Of a stretch of 64,000 bases of DNA, positions 41,447-54,009 are shown in pieces (position 1 is the first letter of the stretch; each line of letters begins with the position of its first letter). Source of the stretch: Octopus vulgaris (lineage: Eukaryota). The translations under genes and the position numbers were made by a program. A model generated the notes under the pieces. That model was not told where the DNA came from and searched no databases. It was given only the letters and a program-made list of their open reading frames with translations. Location of the stretch: contig OX597817.1 of the NCBI GenBank assembly GCA_951406725.2, forward strand, positions 58,528,001 through 58,592,000. Reading direction: 5' to 3'.

Positions 41447-42237
41447 TACCGAATAATTGTCACATATTACATTTACATATATATATATATATATATATAT
41501 ATGTACTCTATGCCTGCTTTCACTACGACAATTCTTTAGAAATATACAATAACTCGCCCGCGTAATCTTTAAGAATATCCAACTGATATTGCAAGTGTTT
41601 GTTCTTTCGACTAGACACTGTACCCAGTAAAATTACATCTACTTAGTTCCGAATCTGTTATCTCAAGAAATCAATTGTCAAAGTATGTTGCCGATGTGAG
41701 AAAATAATTTTGTGGAGTGAATATTTGTGTCTCTTAAAGATGTTATTTACTTCCCTACGACTCTACACACAACACAACTGCTCTACAATAACAGCAAAAT
41801 CGTTTAGGAAATTACCTTCATTAACAGAAAACCAGTTCACATAAAGTTGTTTTTTCATTCGGTTTGTATTTATTTCCCTTTAGAAAATAATATTTGCACA
41901 AACACTCTTTCCATACATTTAAGATTTCGCTAATGGCTGTGGATTTTTTTCTATGTTCTCTTTTATTTCCTCCACATTATCAAATAATTACACACACACA
42001 AACACCCCCCCCCACACACACACACACATACACACAGAGAGTAAAGTGGGTGCTAACATGCTTAATTTTCGTTCTGTAATAGGCACAAGACCTGAAATGT
42101 TGGGGTTGGTAGCTCGTCGATTAAATCGACCCCAGTGCTCAACTGGGACTAACTTCATCAACCCCAAAAGAATGAAAGGCACACAAACACACACACATAC
42201 ATATAGTCCTCAATCAATACAAACATGAGTAGCCATA

Positions 42238-42642
42238 GGCGCAGGTGTGGTTGTGTGGTAAGTAGCTTGCTTCCCAAATATATGCTTCCCGGTTCTCATC
42301 CCACTGAGTGGCACCTTGGTCAAGTGTCTTCTAACATAGCCTCGAGCCGACCAAAGCCTTGTGAGTGGATTTGGTAGGCGGAAACTGAAAGAAGCCTATC
42401 GTATAAATATATATATATATATGTATATATGTGTTTGTATATGTTTGTGCGTCTGTGTTTGTTCTGCCATCACCAACGCTTGAAACCGGTGTTGGTGCAT
42501 TTACGTCCTCGTAATATAGCGTTTCGGCAAAAGACACCGATAGAATAAGTACTAGGCTTACAAAGAATAAGTCTTGGGGTCGATTTGTTCGACTAAAGAC
42601 GATGCTCCAGCATGGCCGCAGTCAAATGACTGAAGCAAATAA
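42238..42642 (+). mobile_element. SINE-A full copy
   Basis: Family-A similarity. Confidence 0.85.
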
Positions 42643-42987
42643 TAAAATCAATATAGCAATATGAATGGTTTCCATCGCTGTAGGCTGTTATTTGATTGGT
42701 CGTTCCATTACAAGGCAGACGATCGTCTTGCAAGACATTTCCTTTCATTTTTTTTTTTCGCTATTAAAGCAAATTTGAGTTTGATAGTCTAGAATATATA
42801 TCATACAGTCTGAATATTTTTCTTTTGCTTTTCCCTCATCGAGTCATTAATATTCTCATTCAAGTATAAAGTGTCCAATACTCGTATACGTAGCTATTTC
42901 GATATATTTGAACTTCATCAGTCGGAGGCAGTGGGGGAGTTAATTATATTTTATTATTTTTTTAAGAAAAGAGAGAAATTCCCCCAG

Positions 42988-43033
42988 GACACCTGATGAA
43001 GGCTGGAGAGTACACCAGCCGAAAGGTTGTGTT
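42988..43033 (+). ncRNA. Minimal hammerhead motif with an extra A after A9
   Basis: GACAC-CTGATGA-A-GGCTGG-agagtaca-CCAGCC-GAAA-G-GTT|GTGTT; stems I and II intact, stem III C->G change. Confidence 0.7.
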
Positions 43034-45868
43034 AACAACAAACAAGACGAGGACAAATATCCGTCAAATGTAAATAATGTGCAATGGCTACTCGAGCCCT
43101 GCACTCGAGTTGTGACATTTAATACAATTGTTTTTTCTTACAAGTTCATTGCAACAGTTACATACTTTGTGAGTGTTTCTCCTTCCTTGCGTTCAATGAC
43201 AGAAGACAGGGTATCAAATTCCACCTTTGTCCCTATGGGGTCTATATCAGATCCGAAAGTTTTTTTTTAGTTTTTAAGATTTTGCTATGTCTATCAGGAC
43301 ACACATTTTATTGGAGGGAAACTACCCTGCTGGTAAGTTTACCTTTGTAATGTTTTTCCATTTTGTTAACATTTTTTCCAATCTCAACACTTTTGTTGTA
43401 GTATGTTGTGTATGCGGTGTATTTGGTTTTATGTTAGGGACCTGAGTGGTTTGGCTGTATGCGTGTTTTCTTGCTTATGTATTTTAACGAAGAGAAATGT
43501 AGAGAAGATATACGACAGCGTTTCACGAAAAAGTTTATTGAGTGAATAGGAAGGCGAGCGAGACAGAAATGGAAGCATTGTAAATTTAGATTTTCCTGTA
43601 AAAGACTAATATTCCAATCATGAAAGCGCATTGCTTTGTGGTTCGGGTTAGGGTTTTGCATTCATGGTCGTAAGATTGTGGTTTCGATGCATTGTATTCT
43701 TGAACAAAACGCTTCGTTTCATGTTACTGGCTACAATGAATAACTCAGCGATGAACTGACGTCCCGTCCAGTAGATGGCGGCGGGGTGGGTAGAGTATAC
43801 ACGCCACAGAATCCAGAAGACCGGCCTTATGTACGTGTGATTCGGGAAGAATTATTGGTCCTCTTTTGAATATTTCAATTATGCTGTTTATAATGAAAGC
43901 TGTTTAATTCCAAGCACCTTTTTCAGTGGTGTGTGTTATACAATCGCTCCTTCGTGCTCCTTCGTGCGGGGTCGGGTAGAAGTAAGGAACAATACAGTTG
44001 ACTGTATGAACCACAGTACATAACAGGTGCTGTCCTCTTGGTCTCATTAATTATCAATATCGATCATGTTTCAGTTATCAAAACACAGATTAACCTATAT
44101 CAAATATTTTCTCAAAGTTTTTATGGAGGTTTTACAGAATGTTTTTTTTTTCTGCGCGACGTAATCAAGCAATCATAAAATGAATGACAAAAAATGAATC
44201 TTGATAGAAATAGCATCAATCGTTAAAGAAACGAAGCTAAAACATTATTGCTTGCTAATTATATCATTTATACAGTTCACCAGGTATACTGGACTTGTTA
44301 TCAACTCTAATAAACACATTAACGTCTTACATCGTATGGGTTCTCTCAATAAACTGGACCGACCTTTATGATACGGACTGCGATTTGCAGAGACAATAAC
44401 AACTTCGCTCGTAATCTGTTGACATAAAATGTTCCAAGACGTGTGTCTTGTTTTTAATAAATGAAATATATATATAAACAAAAAAGAAAGAGAAATAAAA
44501 GTTTCTAAGCGTGTTTCGTTTGTTTTCCACAAAGATTTCTAAACTTAACGTAGCAAACAGACATGAATGGTTATGTCAATGAAAGTATTAAATATTGTCG
44601 AATAACGACTTCACAAATGAGCTAATGATTTTTAATGGGCTTTGAACTTTTATTTGATCCTAATAAAAGATTTTCTAAAACAAAAATCAATGATGTCACA
44701 ACGAAATATCAAGTGTTGTATGTTTTCTCTCGACCATAATTGCTGTGTCGAATAAATCAGGTTTCCATTCTCACCATCGATCTCAGCCAATTGGGAGCTG
44801 CAATCTTATTGCAATGCAAACTTCCTCATTTAATTCCTTCAATTGTTCCCTAAGATTGTTTAGGGATTTCTGAGATTTTTCTCACTAATATAAACAGAGT
44901 TTGGATAACAGAATTCACGATTTAGTAGTTCAGCTGCCATCTCACACTGTAAATACACACGTGTATGTATGTGTGTATGTATGTGTGTATGTATGTATGT
45001 ATGTATGTATGTATGTATGTATGTATGTATGTATGTATGTGTATGTATATATGTATGTATGTGTGTATGTATTTATATATATATATGAATGTGTGTGTAT
45101 ATATATGTATGCGTGTGTATATATATATATATCTATATCTATCTATCTATCTCTCTATGTCTATCCAAATATATGTATGTATATATACGTTATGCCTACA
45201 TACTGACAGTTTCACATACACATTCATAAGCACGTAAAATAAATATGCGTTCAGTCACACAGTCATATGTAATCTATCCTCTTAATTAAAACAAAAAAAA
45301 AACGGAAAATATTTATGATTTTAAAAAGAGAATGTCTCCTGAGCGGAAGTTGTGTGAAGCTCGACCTTTCGTAGCGAAGAACAATAAGAAGAACCTTTAT
45401 ATACGCAATGAGCTGGTAACATTGCTCATAATCAAAGAGCGGAGCAAATTCCTGCAGATAACTAGCAAGGATTGCATCTACAAAGCTTTTCGGGGATTTT
45501 GTAACTAATAACCGGAAGTTAGCTTCAGTCTGACGACTTCCCCCTCGTGATGATTGCAAGTTGTAAGACCTGGCTACATTCTAAGCCAAATGAAAGTTGT
45601 TATACAGTAGGCTAAAATGGTTTGTGGCACCCGTGATATGGCTCTCTGTACTCTAAGTTCAAATCCCTTTTCAAAGCAGTCCAGGATTTGATCTGAAAGA
45701 AAACGGTTGTTGTCGGATCTGGAGACGGACAGCAACAACGTGATTTAGAAGTCCGAGATGCAGAGTATATCATGATGACAACCTTATTCCGTCATGAGTT
45801 GAACGCTCAAAAAAGGAAGGATACACACATACATACATACATACATACAAGCACGCGCGCATATGCAT

Positions 45869-45924
<56 letters not shown>

Positions 45925-46033
45925 GTTGTAGCTGCGTGTTAAGAGGTTGGCTGCATAACCACATGTTTCCGGGTTTAATCCCACTGCACGTCATCTTGGA
46001 CAAGTCTTTCTCCCACATCCCCAAACAAACACA

Positions 46034-47221
46034 TCTTTATATATATAAAACTGAGAATGTGTGTGTGTCTGTCTGTCTGTCTGTGTGTTTCCCTAAAACT
46101 TGAGAGCTACACAACCAATTTCATTCAAATTTTACACATGCTTTACTTAGGGTCCGGGGAGTGTCATCAGCAAAAATTTTTTTAACTTTTTGCCTAGGGT
46201 GAGCCCACAGCAATATCATATCTTCTCCACTACGATTCCCCAAAACTTGAGAACTACACAACCAATTTCATTCAAATTTTACACTTGCCTTACTTAGGGT
46301 CCATGTAGTTTCATGGGCAAAAAAAAGTTCAACTTCTTGCCTAGAGCGAGCCCATAGCAATATCATATCTTCTCCACTATTTCAGTATTACGTGTTAAAA
46401 GTGAAACAAAAACGTTTCTCTATTTGATGTCAGATACTTTCACTTTAACAATAAAAAAAATAATAACAATTGAATTATATGTAGTAAGTAATACTTAAAA
46501 TCAAACTAAAGTATAATATAATCGTAACATAACAAAAGTAAAAATAGCAATTGGTATAAAATTGCATCAATGACTTGAACTTGAATAAGTGGTTTCACAT
46601 GAATGGGAATAAATTAAAAATAAAATTAGCGTGCAGAAATGGGATAGTTCAGATGGATAATAAAAAATTAAATTAAAGAAAAGACTATTGTCTATAAAGT
46701 ATACAATGTAGAGAAAAAAGAAGATTTGAACACATGGAGGAAAGCACCTTCGAAAAGTGTCTTGGTGCGACTATGAAAGGTATCTAATCAGAGGCGGTAA
46801 ATTTGCCACAATAGAAGCAAGGTTCGAGTCAACGGAGCGTGCAAGGGAGTACTCGACTCGAACTTGCAAAGTGGAAATATTTTATTTTTACCTTTATATC
46901 TGGGACGTAGGACGTACCGGAAAAAAATTAAAAATGCTCCCTTCCCCCAGAAGTAGAGGTAGGCTGGATTGTAGCCACACTTCTATACAAGAGGGAGGAC
47001 AAGATACAATTGATGGAAATTACAAGAGACGGGCTAACAATTCCAGTCTGTTATATATTTTGAGTATTGTTATCACTAGCGATATCAAGATATAACTTTG
47101 TATTTTGTATTTTATGTGTAGATGTATATATATAGATGTACATGTAATATGTACACATATATATATACATATATACATGCACTAGCACTATGACCCGGCA
47201 ACGACGGGTCTTTAATGCTAG
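46034..47221 (+). mobile_element. Non-autonomous Helitron-like element
   Basis: A|TC start, (GTCT)n near the 5' end, internal duplication of about 147 bp (46090-46385), subterminal hairpin GACCCG-gcaacga-CGGGTC (47192-47210), end CTAG|T. Confidence 0.75.
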
Positions 47222-47236
47222 TATATATATATACAT

Positions 47237-47293
<57 letters not shown>

Positions 47294-47508
47294 TATTTAT
47301 GTATATCTGTGTATGTGTGTATCTGTATGTATATATGTATGTGGGTGGTTCTATGTTACGTATCTGTTTCGTTATGTAAGGTAGAATGTATGAATAGGAA
47401 TATATGTGGGTTGAACAAATACGTTTGCATATAAATGTGTGTGTGTGTATACATAGTTTATACGGGAAAGGTTGATAAGCGAGTATGAATACTTGTGTGT
47501 GTATACGT

Positions 47509-47598
<90 letters not shown>

Positions 47599-47954
47599 AA
47601 TAGTTAGGGAATATAAAATTCCAAACCAACAGCAAAAAGATTCAATTTAGCAATACTAATCAACATGCACAATAATTTATATATATAGAATTTAGCGACA
47701 AAACCTCTATTTAGCAATTCAATCAATATTGAACGATATTATGTATATAAAACCATATAGAAAGTAGTTAAATATTTTATAGATATTATTCTAAAAATCA
47801 TAAAACAAAACTAAACATTATATCGACTATGCACGTTTCGTAACCTTGTATTTAAATCGATAATATTAAAAGTTAATATTAATTCGATTTTATTTCATTT
47901 TTTAATAGATTTAAGCTAAATGAGTTCTATATTAAAAAATTGCATAATAATTCC

Positions 47955-48100
47955 AATAATACTAATGACCAGAATTTAATTAATTGTACATGTATAGATA
48001 AGACGAAATGTAAAATTAATAATAAATCTAATTTGGCCGATGTAGTATATAAATGTGTAGTGACTCTGATATATGATAATATTAAGAGGAATGGTTATAA
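47955..48100 (+). mobile_element. Penelope-like fragment: Cys-rich linker into GIY-YIG
   Basis: NCTCIDKTKCKINNKSNLADVVYKCVVT resembles the PLE CxC..C...C..VVY motif. Confidence 0.6.
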
Positions 48101-48300
48101 CAAATGCGATCTGTATTTGTTCTTGGTATGTTGTTCTTTCTTATACTTGTGAGCTGGGGTAGTTCGTCATTGGGGCATATTTTCTGTGTGTGTGTGTGGG
48201 GGGCTATGTGTGTTCAGATTTCACGTTCAGGAAGGGGCTATCCTGGTGGGATTACCATCGCAGATGGTGTCTCTTCTTTGAAGCATCTGAGTATAAAATA

Positions 48301-48466
48301 TTACTTGTGTATGCAGGGAGAAAAATTTTCATCCCCATCGTTTAGAATGTTATCTCTTAATTGTATAATGTTTAGTTTTTCAGTAATACAGAGTTTACAT
48401 TTGGTACCATGTCGTCTGTAAGTTTTAGCTTTAGCAATAATTTTCCATTTTATCTGGGAGTTGCTG

Positions 48467-48468
<2 letters not shown>
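48301..48468 (-). mobile_element. Penelope-like GIY-YIG C-terminus
   Basis: IKWKIIAKAKTY...KCKLCITEKLNII...ILN....FSPCIHK* matches the PLE endonuclease C-terminal pattern. Confidence 0.75.
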
Positions 48469-48517
<49 letters not shown>

Positions 48518-48518
<1 letters not shown>

Positions 48519-49082
48519 GAGGGTGAGTCAAAAACTAAAGCCATTTTGTTTAGGACAGGTATAATTACCAGCACATGAGCATGTATCATACATCAAAATG
48601 AAGCTAGTCCTCTGTGGATCACATCCCTACATCTCAATTTAGTCACCGTTTCTCTCAATAGCAATGTTCCACCGTCGAATGAGAGCATGTATCCCTGCCC
48701 CATAAAATTCTGTTGACTGTTCTTTGAGCCACTTCTTCACTACAATTTTCACTTCCTCATCACTGGAGTAATGTTTGTCTCTCAAACCCTCCTTCATGGG
48801 ACCGAAGAGATGATAGTCCAATGACGATGATAGTCCAGTGACGAGGAAGTGAAAACTGTAGTGAAGAAGTGGCTCAAAGAACAGTCAACAGAATTTTATA
48901 GGGCAGGGATACATGCTCTCATTCGAAGGTGGAACATTGCTATTGAAAAAAACAGAAACACGTTGAGAAGTAGGGATGTGATCCACAGAGGACCAGCTTC
49001 ATTTTGATGTATGATACATTTTCCTGTGTTGATAATTATACCTGTCCTAAACAGAATGGCGTTACTTTTTGACTCACCCTCG
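48518..49082. mobile_element. mariner-derived foldback made of two 3' ends
   Basis: TA|CGAGGGTGAGTCAAAAA ... TTTTTGACTCACCCTCG|TA; both arms encode the transposase C-terminus (DEEVK.VVKKWLKEQSTEFY.AGIHALIRRW). Confidence 0.9.
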
Positions 49083-49452
49083 TATATATATATATATATA
49101 GGAGATAAATAAAAATATATGCATACATACAAACATATATGTACGTACCTACATCTACATGTATATATACATGCATATATAAATAATTATACGGGAGTAC
49201 AGGACATCACAATAAGACGTAGAAACGGAAAAAACCAAAAAACAAAAAACAAGAAAACGAAAAACAAGAAAACGAAAAACAAATACAGGACGAGCTACAC
49301 AAGGACAAAACCCCCGTCATCAGCTGTCGCTAGAGGAGTCAGGCATGTTTCGAAGGCAAGACAGAACACTAATCCAATAGGCCTTCCTGCGAGAGAATTA
49401 AAATAAAATTCCAAGTAGCGGGGCAAAATGAGTACGAACACAAACAAGACGT

Positions 49453-49722
49453 AACAATAAAACTGCAAAATTAAAATACATGTACAAAAACAAACACACA
49501 AGAGGACGAACGAAAAAGCCTTTTTTCTGGCATAGACAAACAATAAAACTGCAAAAATAAAAATACATGTACAAAAAATACAATTAGTTACAAAACGAGA
49601 TACATGTACAAAAACAAACGCACAAGAGGACGAACGAAAAAGCCTTTTTTCTGGCATAGACAAACAATAAAACTGCAAAAAAAAAATACATGTACAAAAA
49701 ATACAATTAGTTACAAAACGAG
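49453..49722. repeat. Imperfect tandem repeat, about 90-120 bp unit, about 2.5 copies
   Basis: AACAATAAAACTGCAAAA...GAGGACGAACGAAAAAGCC...GGCATAGACA repeated. Confidence 0.85.
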
Positions 49723-49735
49723 AAAATAAAAAGAA

Positions 49736-49791
<56 letters not shown>

Positions 49792-49829
49792 GAAAGAATG
49801 GAGTCGAACGACGATTTAACAAAATTCCT

Positions 49830-49918
49830 TTATTCTCGACATATGTTTCGAAGCCTGCATATTCTCAATTCTGAAGGAATAAAGTGTGCATTATGCCGCC
49901 TTCTCATCAGGAAAAAAT
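49830..49918 (-). ncRNA. Type I hammerhead ribozyme
   Basis: Minus strand: TTTTC-CTGATGA-GAAG...CTTC-GAAAC-ATAT-GTC|GAGAA; all core bases canonical. Confidence 0.8.
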
Positions 49919-49965
49919 TCGGTTAACCGAATTATCCATACTAGGATAATTCCTTCAACTACTTA

Positions 49966-50065
<100 letters not shown>

Positions 50066-51499
50066 CAGATAGACAGAGAGAAACGCTTTATCTCACGCTT
50101 CTCTGCGATCACTTGGACACCTGACATCTGATACAAGGTTCCGCCTGTTCAGGCAAATTCGATTTGATGAAAGGAGCGAAGTAATGTACAGCGGTTGGTC
50201 GCTTGCACTACGTTTCAGAGTGTCACTGCACTTGTGAGCAAACATTGACATCGTCTCGACCTCAGCAAAACAATAAAGATGTGAAGTTGAAAGAAGACAA
50301 CTCTAGGTTTGTAATTATTTACAGCAGAGTAGACTATAGCAACATGAGATGAAAGGCCTTTCTGACAGACACTATGCGGCAACCACACCAGGATTTGAAG
50401 ACCGTGACCTTCTGATCGTGAGCTCATCATCTTGACCGTTTGGATTCGTACTTTCATATATGTGTTTGTGTGTGTGTTTGTTTGTGTGTGTGTGTGTGTA
50501 TGTGTGTGTGTGCGTGTGTGTGTGCGTGTATGTACATATATACGCGCGCACACATACCCGCACATCATACATATACACACACTTTCCATTCTCTCTCTCT
50601 CACCTGGATATGCTTTAGAAGCGAGATCAATTAAGCATGAATAAATAATTAGTAAGGTTTTACTGACGTTAATGTAGTCTCATGATCTGTAATGTATTGG
50701 TTTCGAATTTTGACACAAGGCCTGCAATTTTCGGGGGAGGTATTAAGTCGATTACATCCACCCACCCACCCGGCCCCAATGCTCAACTGGTACTTGTTTA
50801 ATCAACCCTGAAAGGACGAAAGGCAAAAACGACCTCAACGGCATTTGAACTCAAAGCATAAAGCCGGAAGAACTGCTGCTAAGTAATTTTGTCCGGTGCG
50901 GGAACGGCTCTGCCACCACGCCTCCTTTTGATTTGTAATATGCTGATGACACAAAGTAACAGCTGGCGTCACGGTTTCAAATACGATCGCCAGCTTTATG
51001 ATGTAATATAATCGTATAGATGCACAGAAACATACATATATACGTATGAGTTTCTTTTTTAATATTTAAACGGCAGATGTTAATTTTACAAAATAGAATG
51101 TCCTACATCCATATCGATATAAAATATTTTAGTCTTGCTACCCTGAGTTTCACTTGCAGGAATAAAGGATCATCAGGTAAGTTGTCACTATTGTGTGCCT
51201 ACAGGCGAAACTGAGACAAACAAGAGGCTGACTCGTCCAAAATAAAATAACATTAATCCCAAACCATTGCACGAAATACCCTTTTTTCCGATAGCTAATA
51301 CTAAACGCTATATATATATATATCAATTCAAAATAGTGACTCTTATTCCTCTTAATTCTACCTCAGTTCATCTAATTGTATATATTATTCGTTACTTTTC
51401 ATTAAAAGCCTTTATTTTTTTTTGATATCCAATGTGCATTTTCGCTTTTTTTCTTCTTACTTTCCTCATATCTTTTCCACGTGTAGTTTCTATTTTCTA

Positions 51500-52048
51500 T
51501 ATACAGGAAAACAATGAATAAATAAAGTGATAGCTTGTTGCCAAGATAATGTGGCAGCCCCAGGAAAGGGAAGAATACTACTGCTATTTAGCCCCAATAA
51601 ACACCGTTTCTAGTTGGATAGCTGACACAAGCGTTTTGCGTCCTTAAGTTTTCAAACAGGGGAGAAAAGCACTTCCACCCAACAAAGCCAGTACCTAGAG
51701 ACTAGTTTCAGGGTAGTTGCCCTTCATCAGTCCGGAGTAGCTTGGCCTTATTAGCTGTTGGTGCTAAATCGCTGTTGGAAACTTACAGAATTTCAAGTGA
51801 AATAAATTCACTGTTCTACGAAATTAGAAATATTGCATTTCTAAGTCTCTGGGTGCTGGCTTTGTTGGGTGGAAGTGCTTTTCTCCCCTGTTTGAAAACT
51901 TAAGGACACAAAACGCTTGTGTCAGCTATCCAACTAGAAACGGTGTTTATTGGGGCTAAATAGTAGTAGTATTCTTCCCTTCCCTGGGGCTGCCACATTA
52001 TCTTGGCAACAAGCTATCACTTTATTTATTCATTGTTTTCCTGTATAT
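51500..52048. repeat. About 203-bp inverted repeat (PLE-type inverted terminal structure)
   Basis: Arms about 51500-51702 and 51845-52048, few mismatches. Confidence 0.92.
51692..51741 (-). ncRNA. Minimal type I hammerhead ribozyme
   Basis: Minus strand: TCCGGA-CTGATGA-AGGG-caacta-CCCT-GAAAC-TA-GTC|TCTAGG. Confidence 0.8.
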
Positions 52049-52285
52049 TGGTGGCGACAAATTTCCTCTAAGCACGTGTCTGTGAGTACACGCCGTTGCT
52101 TGCAAATTGTTTCGGGAATGTCTCTGATTCAATCATTGATACGGTAATTCAGTTTGGAATCATCGGGTCAAATGCTTATGGGTCCCTATTTGGAGCTCCG
52201 AGTCGACCAAAGCCTTGCGAGTGAGGATGGATATAGCAGAAAAGATCCCTTAGTCGTGTTGTTCCACATGGAAAAAATGGTGATG

Positions 52286-52333
<48 letters not shown>

Positions 52334-52645
52334 AGGTGTTAGTGATGTCTTGTTTTTTTATATATATGTGTGTGTGTGTGTGTGTTATTTTGTTCCAAAC
52401 AGAGCTTGAGGCCACTGTAGCGTAAGAGACTACAGAGAAGGAGAATAAAGAGAGGCCTACAAATTGGTACTGATACTTCCAAGCGTGCCAGTCACTATTG
52501 GTACCGCGTCCACTCTCTTCATTGCTCACAATCTGTGTATTTCCCCACTTCAATTCGCCATAGTTGTTCACTTTTTCTTTTTCCTCGTCTTCAATCCTGT
52601 TGACACCAGGACACGCTATCTCAATCATCAGACATATTTTTTCCT

Positions 52646-52677
<32 letters not shown>

Positions 52678-53379
52678 TTCTGTTTACCACAACAATGTCA
52701 GCTTCCCGATGTTTAATCTGATGATCACACCGAATCATTGCATCCCACAGGATTTTTCCATCTTAATTCTCAGTAACTCCTTCTGGGATTTGGTTATCAT
52801 TTGGTTATCATCATCATTATCATCATCATTATCATCATAATTATCATCATCATTATCATCATTATCATCATTATCATTATTATTGTTGCTGTTATTGTCG
52901 TCGTCGTGTAGTCCCAGGTCATCGCCGATCAAAGTATCTCTAATCAAGATCCGCCTTCCAGTCGTGATCATCCCATCAATTAATTTTTTATTTTCCAGAT
53001 ACTACATCTTCCTATCTACCTTAAACTTTATAAATTTGATCTGTCTTTATCTGTCATCTTTTATGACTGACTTAAGACAGTCTCCTCATTATAACAGAGC
53101 GTTAATTGTGAACGCAATCTATTTTACCGAGATCAATGTTGCATCAATATTGTAGCCATGGTAACGAGGTAAAGAGATGAATCGTTCCTAAAGCAACCGT
53201 AGAACCATCGATAGATTTGTCGTTGTTGTGGTTTCACCCTGCATCAGCTCGAAATGTAATGGCTTATTATCGAAGGCGTTCCAGCCGTGACTACATCGTC
53301 ATTTCTCACTGGAATCGTATTGGGTTGTCAGATTACTCGCTCGTTTTTTTTTCTCTTCTTCATCAACAATTTTAATAAA

Positions 53380-53680
53380 TCAGTAAATAATATATTTTCT
53401 TTCGTTGTCCACGGTTTCTTGCTGACGTTCCACTTTCTTGTGAATTCTTTGATAGTAGAAATCTCTGGGTCTTGAGTCGAAGAATTCATTGAACCACGTT
53501 TTCAGCTTCACGATATTCTTGAACGAAACAATGTGTGAACTGTTGGAGAGTGATAAGTGATAATGTGAAGGTGCTATATTAGGAGCAAACGGTGTGCGCA
53601 GTAGACCTTTCGAATAGAGGTCCTGAATAGCGTTTTGGGTCAAATTAACGACACAGAGGCGAGCGCTGCTGTGTTGAAGA
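53380..53680 (-). mobile_element. Degenerate mariner transposase C-terminal fragment
   Basis: PFAPNIAPSHYHL...WFNEFFDSRPRDFY..RIHK similar to YSPDLAPSDYHLF...FF.SK..FY..GI.KL. Confidence 0.7.
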
Positions 53681-54009
53681 AAATGGCATCGACTCCAGTA
53701 CTTGACTGCTACTTTATTTCATCGATCCCGAAAGAATGCTAGGCAAATATGACCTCAGTCGGATAAGAACTCAGAACGTAAGGGGCCCGGAAAAAATGTC
53801 GACATTAATCCCACGTCTGAAAAGAGGCAAAATTTATTCAAATTTCAAAAACGACAAACAAAAGATGTAAAGGAAGAAGAAAAGTACAAAAAAAATCATA
53901 AAACACTACGATAAAAATATTTTTCGTATTAATTCAAATAACATTGAAAAGAAACAAGCGAATTTTCTGACAATATCTCTCGGACTGCATTATTCCAGCA
54001 ATAGCATTA

